The translations under genes and the position numbers were made by a program. From Lama guanicoe (taxonomy: Eukaryota): a stretch of DNA of 64,000 nt. The stretch covers positions 2,299,589 to 2,363,588 of the forward strand of contig MU053994.1 in NCBI GenBank assembly GCA_013239625.1, in the 5' to 3' direction. Within the stretch, counting starts at the first letter, position 1; each line of letters opens with the position of its first letter. Positions 12,176 through 24,562 of this stretch are shown piece after piece. Below the pieces are notes generated by a model, which was not told where the DNA came from, ran no database searches, and saw only the letters and a list, made by a program, of their open reading frames with translations.

Positions 12176-14069
12176 CATCGGCAAGCACAAAGATGTCAGC
12201 AGACCACGTCCCTCTGGGTGGACCGCGGGTACTCAGGCTGGGCAGCATCTACTCCAGGAACCATGTGATATTTGGGTTCAGATGCTGAAGATCCCCATTG
12301 ACTATTTCCTGGGAACTGTAATGTCCCTCAGTGCCTGAAGCTGAAATAATATGTGAGATGTGCTCTGGAGTCATCTGTGCAGGTGAAATAGTTGAGAGGA
12401 GAGGCAGAGAGAGGTCCAGGAGTGAGGGCTGGGGATGGGGGTGCTTGCAGGTGACGGAAGAGGATGAGGGAGGAGAGAGGGCACCGCATGGAGAGTGGGG
12501 AGTCCATCAGGACTTCACATGATGGGGGGCGCCCCTTCTGCTGGGGGCTGCCTGGTGAAGGGGGGCCAGGGGGCCAGGGGAATGGGGTGTTGGGGCGGGA
12601 GATTTCCATCTGGAATTTGAGAGTCCCTCCCTCAGTTGACACAGGGCGGCTTGCCTGTGGAAGTCAGCTGGCAACGCTTTGCCCAGGGGCTTCAGAAGAG
12701 CTGCCGCTGAATGAATGAGTTGAGAACAAAGGCTGTTCAAAGTCTTATCAGCTAGTGTTCCCCACAGGCACTGGATGGGCGCACCTAGGGAGGGAAACAA
12801 AGGAGGCCCCCAGGGCCCCCCCAGGGACAGACACGGATGAACGGGCAGCTTAGGTTGAGGAAGAAGCCATTTCAGATAAAATCCTGTAGCTTCATTCAGC
12901 CTGATCCTGGGGCTGGGGCTCTGGAGGGTGAGTTATACTTCAGGGTGGTCCCACCTGGGCTATCAAACCGTCAGTCATTGGCAGGGCTGCCCTGCCCTCG
13001 GGAGAGAGATGCTGCCTGCCATTTCCAGCTCTTCTAAATAAAGCTGCTCTGGGAGCCGGAGGGCAGGTCCTCTAAAGAACAGACAGGTGCTGTTTATTGG
13101 CAACAAAAGCCCTCTGAAGCCAGTGGGGGCTCAAAAACTGTACAGAAGTATCGGGGAAGCCGGGGGGGCAACACTGACGTTGGCAACAATGATTCTGAGT
13201 AAAGAACAAGCAGTTTTCCTGACCTCCCTCCCCTTCAAGAGCATGACTGCTGCTCCTCCGCTGTGCCTCTCTGGTGATTGTTACAATCATCAGGTTTCTG
13301 CTGTGAGCTCCACTGGAACAGCTTCACATCCCTAGCCATCAGCACGAGGCCTGGTACATGACGTGCCTACGTCACTGTTGCCAAAAGGATGCGAGATAGA
13401 ATGTTTCCTCCAACAAGACACAAACCACCAATGCCGGGGGCCAAGACTGAAATGTGGTTCTCTGGGAACAAGGACTGGGGTCTTAGCTGGCTCTGGAATG
13501 ATCATTTTGAACCTGGGCAGCCTCTCAGCCACCAGCTCATTCCCTTGAATAAGTGATGCCTTATGAGGCTGTCAACTTTGTGTGTGTGGATGCGGTGGAG
13601 GGTTGGGGAACAGAGGTGCCTCTCAGCTTCCCCCAGAAGAGCCCAGATGGTTCTGGGCTGAGAGAAGAGTGAGATCAAAGAGATACTGGACGTCTAGGCC
13701 AGAGGGAAGCAGACTTTTAGGTTAGGCGAGAAGTCCCGGTGCGGAGCTGATTCAACTGGAAGTAGCCGGAAGAGGGCTCTGGTGGGTGCACGTACCCCCG
13801 CTGTGGCCCCAGCTTGACTTCTTATTCCTTTAAACTTTCAGTATCTAGTTCTTTTTAGATCTGATTGTTAGTCTCCTTCCCAAGCAAGAGGGCTCAGGGG
13901 ACTGACTCACGGTAATTAAAAGCACTGGAGATTGGTATAAAAAACCTGGAAAGTCATTATTAATTTACAGTGAGAAATCCAGTCATTTACTCATTTACTT
14001 ATTCCATGAATACTTGAGTGGTGACCTGAGCCAGGTTGGTCATGCATAACCCTAAAGTTCTTTCCGGAA

Positions 14070-14193
14070 GGTAACATAGCCTGTGGGCAGGAGACCGAAA
14101 ACACACTGGTTATTTTAACAGAGAGAATTTACTATAGAGAATTGTTAGCTAGATACGGGTCTACCTCATTTGATTTTGCTTCGCTTTATTTTG

Positions 14194-14226
<33 letters not shown>

Positions 14227-15270
14227 TGAAGGTTTGTGGCAACCCTGCGTCGAGCAAGTCTACTGGCACCATTTTCCCAACAGCATTTGCTCACTTTGTG
14301 TCTGTGTGTCACCCGCTGAAGGTTCAGATGATGGTTAGCATTTTTTAGCGATTAAGTATTTTTGAATTAAAATATAGGCATTACTTTTTATCCTGTAGAC
14401 TTTGATAGACTACAGGATAATGTAAATATAACTTTTACATGCACTGGGAAACCAAAAACTTCGTGACTCTCTTGATTGCGATACTCACTTTATTGCAGTG
14501 GTCTGGAACCTAACAATATCTCCAAGGTATGCCTGTAAAAGGAATTATTAACTAGTCACCAAAGAACCAAAAAAGTAAAAAGAGAACTCTAAAGCATCAT
14601 GGAGGTTGTCATTTCCGGCAGCAACTACCACTCCTGAGGGAACAAAGGGAACACGTTTGAATGATTAAAACCTCGAAGCTTGGAGCAGGGAATGCAAGGG
14701 ACTGAAATTCAGATGCCAGAGGAAAGGGCACCTGCTGGCTGGTGCTGGTGTCTGACCCCAGAGGAGGCGCCCCACAGATGTGGGACCCAGATCCCTGACG
14801 ACGGCGTGCTTGGCCGCTGATTTAGGTGTCTCTGAGCTCAGAAAGGCAATCTGATGGAGCTGGGACCCAGACCCCCGAGGAGGGGATGCTGGCTGGTTCC
14901 GTGGATGTCAGAAAAACTGCAAACTGGATTCAGCTGCTGCTACAGGAAGGAACTGCTGCTGCCGGAGTGAAGAAACATGGGCGATGCCACTCAGGGGATC
15001 AGGAAGCGAACAGGAAGCCAGCAGATCCCAGATTCCCAAAGTAGGAAACAAGCCCCTTCCTCTTCCTCTGGCCTTGAGCCTTTCTCTAGCACCTCCTCTG
15101 GGCAGAGCTAACGAGGAGCAGCTGGCAACGCAGAACTGTGCTTTGCAGAGCTCCAGCCCAGCATCATAAAGAAGGGTGGATTTGGAGCTGAGACACAGTG
15201 TCTTAGTAACTGGCACATCTCCAAAAAGTCTGAGGTTGAGTGAGAGTGAGCGAACCTCCTCCCCCATAAC
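14070..15270 (-). mobile_element. Old LTR (LTR78-like), interrupted by a Tigger1 derivative
   Basis: CAGGAGACCGAAAACACACTGGTTATTTTAACAGAGAGAATTT; repeated GGGACCCAGA..CC..GAGGAGGGG..GCTGGCTGG units. Confidence 0.5.
14156..14535 (+). mobile_element. Tigger1 internal-deletion derivative
   Basis: TTTTACAAATTGAAGGTTTGTGGCAACCCTGCGTCGAGCAAGTC...ATATCTCCAAGGTATGCCTG|TA; TA TSD. Confidence 0.9.
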
Positions 15271-16168
15271 CTCACTACCAGCTCACACAAAAGCCAGCCT
15301 CTGACCAAACGTCACACACAGAGACATTTATTAAACGTGCATTCATTAGCAACTAGGCACAAGAAAGTCCCTGCCACCTGTTCTCTGGGCTTGAGAAGTC
15401 CCAGCTCTCAGTCTACTCTTCGCGTGAAAAGTCCACTCGAGGCAGATGCCATGTTCCAGAAGCATCAGGGAACCAGAAATTTTCCAAAACGACAGGTTGG
15501 ACCTAACCCCAGGTAGCATCGCTAAGGTGCAGCCTACAGGCCCTACTAAATTTTGAAAACCTCTTCGTGTAAAAGTGGAGAGTGTCTCGAACATGTGCAA
15601 ACAAATCCATACATCCTGAATCCCTTTAATTTCACCACCAAGAGCCTATTTCTAACATTCGTCATGCTAATTAACAGGCCACCAATTTCATCAATGAAAA
15701 CCTGTTTCTGACTTTCACTTTGCTAATTAGCAAAGCCTCGGATATTGATGAAGCCCTTGTGATCTTGCATTTGGATGTGGCCCCTCTAACGCAGAGCTGG
15801 AGAGGGAATTTTCCAAGAGGGCAAATGATTACCTCCAGAACTGAAGCTTTAACTAACGCAGACATAATATCACACCATACAGGTGGAAGTATTTCAAAAA
15901 TAAAATGCAGACAGGATAACAAGCTCTGTTTGTACCGAGCACCTCCAGGATTTGGTGGTGGACCAGACAACCGTCCTTGCTCTGAAGGAGCTCGTGGCCT
16001 GGAGACAAATGATGATAAACAGGCGGTTGTAGCATGTGTGAAGTACGCCGGTGGGGCGGGGTGTTGGCCAGCATGGTCTGGGCGCTTTTATGTATCTATT
16101 TTTTCAGTTTCTGGGCAGAACTTGGGAGGTTCTGCCACCCAGCTGTCAGCAAACCTTTGGTGTAGGTT

Positions 16169-16278
16169 GGGCTGCCAGATAAAACACAGGATGCCCAGTT
16201 CAATTTGCATTTCAGATCAACAACAAATAATTTTTTAGTACAAGTACTTGTATTTTATTTGCTAAATCTGGTGACCCT
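16169..16278. mobile_element. MER53 with a central deletion
   Basis: GGGCTGCCAGATAAAACACAGGATGCCCAGTT...TTTATTTGCTAAATCTGGTGACCCT. Confidence 0.8.
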
Positions 16279-17319
16279 CCTTTTAGGCAAAGCCAGAAGG
16301 AAAGCCAAACCGGGCAGCATTTGGCTTAGTGGGTGTGGATGAGTCAAGGCGGGAGGGTGAGATGGGTTTAGGCTTGGGGCTGGAGTTATCCATTTTCCAT
16401 CTGCCTCCCCAGACAAGCCCAAGTGCTTTCAGGTCAGGGAGTCCACTCCCCAGGGCAGTGCTGGTCCCAAGCCGCATATGGCCTCTCTGAGCTCCCCTTT
16501 TATAAAAGCTTCAGAGTAAACCCCTTCTGCCAGCACATTCTTTCTTTAACAGACTCCCAAATAGCTGATTATGTTTTCATAATAGCAATGCTATTTTGCT
16601 TTTTTCTTCTAAATAGTTCCCCTGGATGAGATTTGTTTGCTCACCATCTTCCTTTTCTTTGTCTGCTGATGGCTGATCTTATTTTCCTCTTAGGACTCAG
16701 GGAGGTAAAGAAACTTACCCAAGGTTACTCAGCTGGGCCTTCTCCCCTCTGGCTTCAAGGACCATGCCCTTTCTGCTTTTTGGTGTCAGTCCATGTCCTG
16801 GAAATTGTGATCCTTGTCACAGGGAAGTAGTTGTTGGGTAAAGTGAAGGACACTGGGCTTGGAGTCACAGGGCTTGGACCTTGTTCAGAAATGGGAACAT
16901 CAGAGACGGATCAGCAGCGTGGGGAGGGCTTTGAAGCTTAACATCTACATATGTTGTGGGACTCAGACAGGTTGATCTAACAGAACCTCTTGATAAACCT
17001 GAACTCTGGGCACACAGAGCAACCCAAGTATAGGCCCTGTTAGCGATGTCCCAGCCCCAGGTGGCGCAACAATTCAAGGAGCAGCCTTTGGGTCAAAGGC
17101 AGGAGACCCTGCTGGTGGGAACTTAAGGCAGGGGGGCTCCTACCCTGCCTTTGCAAAACCAGCCCCCGTATTCTAGCCCTGTGGCTTGGCCATGCCTATA
17201 CACATCTGGGAGATTCAAGAGGATGGAGGGTGGATTCATGATGTACCTGAGACATCATGATCCTCAAATCTACAAAGCTTCAGCCAGGAAGTGATAGCAG
17301 GGTAGAGGGGCAGGGATTA

Positions 17320-17530
17320 AACAAGCACAGGCTTTATGGCCAGCCAAATGGGAGCCTGAACTTTTCTTTATTAGCTGTGTTCTAGGGTGACTAGACAATC
17401 TCTCTGATTAGCAATTTTCCCATGTCAAAATGAGAATTACATTATTCATTTTTTGTGGCTGTTTTAAGAATTAAAGATAATATATGTAAATGTCTAGCAC
17501 TGCGACTGGCATGTAGTTGTTACTTGATGT
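17320..17530 (+). mobile_element. MIR SINE
   Basis: TTTTCCCATGTCAAAATGAGAATT...TTAAGAATTAAAGATAATATATGTAAATGTCTAGCAC. Confidence 0.65.
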
Positions 17531-17545
17531 GAAACAGTGCTGCCA

Positions 17546-17790
17546 GAGATGGTGGTGATGGAGGGGATGGTGGTGGTGGAGGTAGTGATGGTGGTGGAGG
17601 TAGTGATGATGGAGGTGATGGTGGTGGTGGTGGTAGTGGTGGTGGAGGTAGTGATGGTGGTAGTAGTGATGATAGAGGGTGATGGTGGTAGTGGTAGTGA
17701 TGATGGAGGTGGTGATGGTGGTGGTGATAGAGGTAATGATGATGGTGGCGGTGGAGGCAATAATGCTGGTGGTGGTAGCGGTGACAACAG
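17546..17790. repeat. Degenerate (GGT/GAT)n trinucleotide low-complexity tract
   Basis: Direct inspection: GATGGTGGTGATGGAGG...; it is the source of the spurious poly-V/G/T/H/P ORFs. Confidence 0.95.
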
Positions 17791-17954
17791 TGATGGCAGT
17801 GAAGTTGGAGGCTGTTCATATTACCTTGACTGGTCCCAGACATTGAATCTTGTAATTTATTCAGAGGGAGTGGGCCAAGTGTTTTTGTTACTATTGTTTT
17901 AAATTTATCAATTCCTTTTAATTCGCATACCGTATTTCCATTACTTGTACAATT

Positions 17955-18000
17955 GTGGTCCTGGGTTCAATCCCTGCTATTCCCATTAAAAAAAATTTAA
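17955..18000 (+). mobile_element. tRNA-derived SINE 3' fragment (Vic-1-like)
   Basis: B-box GGTCCTGGGTTCAATCCC followed by an A-rich tail. Confidence 0.5.
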
Positions 18001-18004
18001 AAAC

Positions 18005-18477
18005 TGCAAAATTTTTTAAATGCACAACCTAAAAGTTGAGAATTAAGTTTTATTTGATGGACAGGCCCCGGAGGCAGCTTCTCAGATGGCTCTGAGGCAC
18101 TGCTCCGAAGAGGTAGGGGAGGGGCTAGGATTTATAGGAGCTTTACAACCAAGACCAGGTAGTTGGAACATTAAAAGATTACTTGTTAACTAAAGAAAAC
18201 CAGGCATCTCAAGTTAAAGAATTTAGAGCTTTTCTATGTATGGGAGGGAGCAAACATTCGGGCTCATTGAATTCATTCCTCTGACAAGCACCTGGCTATC
18301 TAGGGCCAGTATCCTGTCCTTTCTTATTCTGAGTCCCCTCAGAGGGCACCATTGTGAGTGGCTGCAGAGGCCAGGCTGCAGGCTTGTCTTCCCTAGGGGG
18401 TGGCGGCATCCACTGATGACTTGATGGCTTCAGCATTCTTTGTTTACTGATGTGGTTTGCAGTATTTTTCGTTCACA
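18005..18477 (-). mobile_element. Lineage-specific ERV1-type solo LTR, copy 1
   Basis: Closely similar to 50701-51184; TTTATT poly(A) signal; ends ...TTCACA. Confidence 0.85.
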
Positions 18478-18479
18478 TA

Positions 18480-19112
18480 CATATACCCTATGGACCTCCG
18501 AGTTGCCGTGGGATATATACCAGGAGGGGAATTGCTGGGTCTTTTCTATGTGTTTACTTACTTTGAGTCAGAGGTGCCAGATTCTACTCCAGAATGGCCA
18601 CCCCAATCTACACTCCCGCCAGCAGTGCCAGGGGCTCTTAGCCGCAGCTCCCCAGCACTTGGCATTATGCAGCTAGTTTTTGCAATCTAATATACAAGAA
18701 GTGATATCTAATTTTTGCAAATTTGCATCTTCCTGATTGCAAATGATTTTGAGCACCTCTCCAAGTGGGTTCCTCTTCTCTACACTGTCAGTTGGAATTT
18801 TTTGCCCAGTTTTCTGTTGAGGGTGCTGTTTTTCTTCTCGTTGATTTGCAGGTATTTCTTGTATACTTGCCACATGAATCTGCGGTTGCTTTTAGAGACT
18901 GCAAACATTTTCTTCCATTTTTGCCATATAGCTCTTCACTTTGGGGCGTCTTTCAACTCTTGATTTGGAGGCAGTCACATTTCTTCTTCCGTGTTCAGGT
19001 TTGTGCCTTTGAAGTTTGATTTAAGAAGTCTTTCTCTGCCTGTAGATTGTAAATATATTCTCCTACATTTTCTTTTATTAAGTGTATTGTTTTAATGTTC
19101 ACTTTTAGGTTC
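18480..19112 (-). mobile_element. Old L1ME-like ORF2 fragment, resuming after MER21 at 20457
   Basis: TATACCAGGAGGGGAATTGCTGGGTC...TTTGCATCTTCCTGATTGCAAATGATTTTGAGCACC. Confidence 0.75.
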
Positions 19113-20456
19113 TAAATAGGGGAAACTTTCCTCCTGTGTCAGGAAAAGCCCAGTTCTTCCCTACTGCGTGTGTGTCTTCCCTGTGAGCCTCCTTTATTAC
19201 TCACATAAAACACCTCCCTTCTGACACTTCTGGTCACCAAATGTGTGGAAGTTGTTTCCTCACACCAAGCAATTCTCTGCTGCACCAGCTGGGTGTCCTA
19301 GGATTCAACCCAATTCTGACACCATGTACCTGAAGACCGCATCAGATCCTACAGGCTAAGGGCTCAGTCCCACAAGGCTGCCCCCCTCCCCCGCCCCCTC
19401 ACATATGTCAGATGCCAGTCAGAAGCCCCGGGTGTCACCTGTGCTTCTAACCAACCGGATATATATTGGAGGCTTTAATGACCTTCTCCTCAGGATGTAT
19501 GAATTTGCTAGAGGAACTCAAGGAAGCATTTAATTTATTAGATTACTAGTTACTTATAAAAGGATATAACTTAGGAAGAGCCAGATGAAGAGATGCAGAG
19601 GGCAAGGTATGGAGAAAGAGCGTGGAGCTTCCGAGCCCTCTCTGGGCTCACCTCACCACTCTCCCCACATCTCCACGTGTTCACCAGCCCGGAAGCTCTC
19701 CGAACCTTGTCCTTTTGGGTTTTTATGGAGGCTTCATTACATAGGCATGAGTGATAGAATCAGGGGCCATTGGCACCTGAACTCAATCTCCAGCCCCCTC
19801 CCCTTCCCTGAGGTTGGGGGGTGGTGGGTCTTAAAGTTGCAACCTTCTAATCACCTAATTGGTTCTTTTGGCAAAGAGTCCCCATCCTTAGGTCACCTAA
19901 GGGCTTTCCAAAAATCACCTCATTAACATTACAAAAGACAGTTTTATTGTTTTTAATCACAGGAAATTCCAAGGATTTTAGGAGCTGTGAGCCAGAAAAA
20001 ACGTGAAGACCAAATATGTATGAGAAATATATTTTGATCATCTGAATGACCAAATCTTTCTTCTTTCCTTCCTTTCTTTTATTTTTTAACACAATGAAGT
20101 GACTATCTCCTACTCATGCTTAATATCCGAGTAGACTCTACCCGGCCATTGCTGTTCTCAGATAGTCATTGTAATTGTTTCTTGTGTGTCTTTCCAACAT
20201 TTATTTCTGAATTTATATGCAAATTCAAATATATTCTTTTTAAAAAAATGCAACTTAGCTCACAGTGAAAAAAAAATGTGACAATGAATATATATATGTT
20301 CATGTATAACTGAAAAATTGTGCTCTACACTGGAATTTGACACATCGTAAAATGACTATAACTCAATAAAAAATGTTTAATAAATAAATAAATAAATAAT
20401 ATGACTTACTTAAACTGAAAACAAAAGATACATTTCTTATAAATCGCAATATCAAA
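19113..20456 (-). mobile_element. MER21-family ERVL solo LTR with nested insertions
   Basis: CACCAGCTGGGTGTCCTAGGATTCAACCCAATTCTGACAC; perfect 5-bp TSD GGTTC (19108-19112 / 20457-20461). Confidence 0.85.
20258..20400 (+). mobile_element. Young camelid-type L1 3' end with an (AAAT)n tail
   Basis: GTGACAATGAATATATATATGTTCATGTATAACTGAAAAATTGTGCTCTACACTGGAATTTGACAC...ACTATAACTCAATAAAAAA. Confidence 0.8.
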
Positions 20457-20599
20457 GGTTCTTAATCCAAAGGATTGGAATTCGGTTTTAATTTTTCCCA
20501 TTTGTTATGTCAGTTTTTTTTTCTCATCTCCACACAGGTGATCTCCCAAGCCTTGGCTCTGACATGAGTAGTTGGAAAAAAGAAATCTCTTATTTAGAA

Positions 20600-23405
20600 T
20601 TTGAACTTTTTCTTAAATTATGGCATACGTACATAAAAGTTCTCAAATCATAAATGATTTGGTGAATTTCCAAAGGTGAAAACATCATGAAATAGACCCT
20701 TGCCTGCACCCCAGAAGCCCTCCATTCACTACCTATCATAGATTAGTGGGGGGTTTTGGTGGGTTTTTTCACTTTATACAAATGGAATTATACTTTATGT
20801 TCTCTTGTGTCTGGTATTTTTTCACTCATATGTTTGTAAAATGTATCCATATTGTTGCATCTAATTGCACTTTGTTCCTTTTTATTGCTGTATAGTATTC
20901 AATTGCATAATTATCATTTCCACTATTGATGAGCATTTGGGGAGGTTCCGGTTTGGGGCCATATGGAATAGTGCAGCAATGAAAATTCATGTACACATCT
21001 TTGGATTAACTTCGGTATACATTTCTACTGGGCCACAGGCTGTGCATATGTTTAGCTTTAGTAATTTCTGCCAAACAGCTTTCCAGAATGCTTGTACCAA
21101 TTGACACTCCCACAGGATGGTTTGAGAGTTCTGGGTGCTCCACGTCTTTGTTAGTACTTGGTATTTCCCATCTCCTTTTCATTTTAGCCATTCTGGTGGG
21201 AGCATACTCGTATCTTACTGTGGTTTTGATCGCCATTTCCCTACTGCCTGATGAAGTTGGATGCCTTTTACATATTTAATTGCCACTTGAATGGCTTCTT
21301 TTTGGAAGTGTCTGCTCAAGATTTTTGCCCATTTCTCTTTTGCAGTGTTGATGTCTTTTCCTTGTTAATTTGTGAATGTTCTTTATATAGCCTGGATGGG
21401 AGTCTTTTTTTCTGATATGTGTACTGACAATGTCCTCTCTCTGTAGGTTGCCTTTTAATTATTTTCATTTCAAATAGTCCAATAGTCCTTTTTTGTGTTC
21501 TGTTAAAGACATCTTTGCCCACACCAAGCCATGAAGATATTTTCCTGTAAAAGCTTTATTATATTAGCTTTCATGTTTAGAGCTGCAATTCTTCTGAAAT
21601 TGATGTATGTATATAGTGTGAGAGGGATCCAGATTCTTTTTTTCTCATTTAGATATAAAATCAACCCAGTAACATTTATTTAAAAGATTATCCTTTTTTT
21701 CCCCTCACTGAATGCCTGAGTCACACTGTCTTAAAGCCAGTGACCTGAATGTTTGTCTGTTTCTGGGTTTTTTTATTCTTTTCTATTGATCAGTTTACCC
21801 CTGTGCTAGCACCTCACTATATTACCCAGAAAGGGCTTGTATATTCTTGAGTAAGTTAATTCTTAGACACTTCATAGTTTTGTGGCTATTATAAATTATG
21901 TTTTGTTTTTATCACATTTTATAGTTTCTAGTTATTTCTGGGGGGGGTGGTAAAGAACTGTTACTGAATTTTGTAGGTTGATTTTCTAGCTGGAAACCTT
22001 ATGTACATCTCCTATTAGTAAAACTTTGTTGATTATATTTTTATTTCTAGAGAGATGATCCCCATATCACCTGCAAATAGCAGTTGAATCCTTTTCCTTC
22101 TGAAATAATTCTGTGATGGTTCATTTTATGTGTCAACCTGGCTAGACTATGGTGCCAAACTTTTTTTGTTAAACACCAATCTAGATGTTGCTGTGAAAAT
22201 ATTTTTTTAGATATGATTAACACTGAATTAGTAGACTTTGAGTGAAGCAGAATAATGTGGGTGGGCTGTGTGTAATCAGTTGAAGGCTTTAAGAGAAAAA
22301 AGACTGACATTCCCAAGAAAGGGAGAATCCTGCCTCCAGAGTCTCTTTGAACTTAAGCTGCAGCATAAGCTCTTCTTTGGGTTTCCAGCCTACCAGCCTA
22401 CCCAGCAGATTTCAAACTTTCCAGCTCCCACAATCACATGAGCCAATTTATTAAAGTAAGTCTCTATCCCTATCTATCTATCTAATCTATATATCTGTCT
22501 ACATCTTATTGGTACCTAGACTAATATAACCTCTTAATTATTTTCATTTTCTAACATTGGTCAGGACTTTCATGCAATTTTAAACAGTAGTAGTGATGAG
22601 AACATTCTTGTCTTATTCACAGTCTTAAAAGGAATGTGTCTAAAGTTTGCCCATTGAGTGTATTTGCTGAGTGTTTTGATACATAATTTTTATCAAAGTT
22701 TCTTTATATTCCTAGTTTTTGAGGTTTACTGATATTGAACTTTGGTTGAATTTTGGGGATTAAACTTTTATTATGATGAATTAAAAAAAAACCTGTTGAA
22801 TTCAGTTAGCTAACGTTTTGTTCAGGGTTTATAGATCTATATTCATAAATGAAAAAGCCCTATGAAGATCTTTTTAAAATTTTGTCACTAACTAGTTTTG
22901 GAATTAAGATTATACTGGCCTCATAAAATGAACTGGACAACTTCACTCTTTGTAATCCTTGAAACAATTTCTATAAAATAGGAATTAAGTATTAAAAATT
23001 TAATAAAACTCACCTATAAAACCATCAGGGCCTGGTATTTTGGGGGAGGGGATGTCTTTGACTATCATTTCAATCACTTTGGACTTGTTGGCCTGGAATT
23101 AGTCACCTTCTTCTTGATTAAATTTTGACATTTTTTATATTTCTAGAACTTTATTTCATTTTTATTTGCAATATTAGTAGTGCAGAATTATTCATAATGC
23201 TTTTCTCATTTTTAATCATTCCTTTTGTGTCTGTAGTTATTTCTCCCATATCTTTTTGTATTTTGTTTATTCACATTTTCTCCCTTTTATTCTTGACAAT
23301 GCTTGACCAGAGGTGTGTCTTTTTAAAAGTCATTTTATAGAATTGGCTCTTGACTTTTAAAATAATGTCTATGGTTTTTGCTGTTCTCTATTTCATAGAG
23401 TTCTG
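20600..23405 (-). mobile_element. Old L1M (L1ME/MD-like) 3'UTR and ORF2, degenerate, interrupted by MLT2
   Basis: ORF-track 21006..21236 MAIKTTVRYEYAPTRMAKMK resembles the L1 ORF2 C-terminus; continuous T-rich L1 antisense sequence. Confidence 0.8.
22112..22528 (+). mobile_element. MLT2 (ERVL) solo LTR
   Basis: TGTGATGGTTCATTTTATGTGTCAACCTGGCTAGACTATGGTGCC...(TCTA)n...GACTAATATA. Confidence 0.85.
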
Positions 23406-23419
23406 CCAGGATGGAGCCA

Positions 23420-24370
23420 AGTATTTGCAGTTGCTTTCAGTAAGAGCTGATCATGCAAGCAGAAGGTCAACTCCAGTTTCAACGTATCAATAATTGGTAA
23501 CTGTATCTGTCACAATATAGTCTCACCAAAGCTGCGATTATTCTAGAAAGATGGTCAAATTGTTACCTTGGCCACAGTACATATATCAGGGAACTGTTCA
23601 CAGGAAAACATGAGAATAGAGTCTAATATTGGAATGACAGCAATATTAATGATACATGCCTGGACTTCCCAGGACTTGTGGTCTATTCAGCAAATGTACC
23701 TCCTTCTCCTTGAGAAGACCATGCAATCCTGGCCAAGAATTTTGCAGAACCAATCCAGAGGCAGGACTTTTTGATTGTGATAGGCTCCTTTGCAGAACCA
23801 CTTGATATTCTCATTGTTCCAGCTCAGACCCCTGCTCTCACATGGTCAGGTCTTCAAAGGGCGATTTACAGCATGGACATTGCAAGTCATTTACCTCTGG
23901 CAATGTGTCTGCCTTTGTCTCACTTGAATAGAGAGTATTTATGGACAAGAACTTCATCCCACTGTGACCATCCTCCCCCATACCTCCAGATAAGTGGGCG
24001 GATGATGAAGCTGGTACAGTGTGCTAATGATGCTCTGAAGTAGATTACTAGAAAGATGAGCCATAAGGCATGTGAGGTTTCTCACTGCTCCAAATGTCAG
24101 ACACTATTCAACTTTCATAGGCAGTCCTGCTGAGTTACCACGGGACTATCCGTCAAGAACAGTCTCAGCTGTCTCCGCACAGATAAATAAGTATGATGTC
24201 TGAGTGGCATTCTCTCTGTAACTATATTTCACTTACTTTTACCCTATGAGTTAGTCTTTGCAAAGACGTGGGGTTAGGCCAAGGGTGGGGTCTGCTTCTA
24301 GAATAATTAATGCCAGGATCCTCAGAGTGCAGTTAGGTAAGTGTGGTATTGTCCAATTGATCAATGGTAA
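23420..24370 (+). mobile_element. Decayed Ty3/Gypsy LTR-retrotransposon integrase (MamGyp-int/MamGypsy-like fossil)
   Basis: Frameshifted translation keeps integrase motifs in order: NFAEPIQRQDFLIVIGSF (23738-), HGHCKSFTSGNVSAFVS..VFMDKNFI (~23872-23957), PPYLQISGRMMKLVQCANDALK, RFL..SPAEL (24123-24137), ELVFAK, WYCPIDQ. Confidence 0.75.
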
Positions 24371-24562
24371 AATCTCCCTCCCAGTCAGAACTTGAGGAAG
24401 ACAGACCAATAGACATGTCTCCTTCTGTGTCGCTGGTGTTGATTTTTCAGAGACGCACGAGGATTCCTCAAAGCTGTAAGGATGGAAGCGATAACTGCTC
24501 AGTCACTGCCACTATACCCAGTATTTTACTTGGGTAGATCCCAAGAGTACCACTTCAAGACA

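Noticed and set aside
15720..16238. 172-aa ORF and other 100-200-aa ORFs (31330, 33177, 34585, 54697, 59705)
   Set aside because: Mostly non-ATG starts, run through MER53/L2/MER5/MIR/ERV/LTR16 sequence, and no recognisable protein similarity
17494..17902. ORFs rich in Pro/Thr/His/Val/Gly
   Set aside because: Translations of a simple trinucleotide repeat
23568..24043. Processed pseudogene of a host gene (FYVE/RING-like) or an intact domesticated integrase
   Set aside because: Motif order fits a Gypsy integrase; frameshifts, stops and lost DDE residues exclude an intact gene
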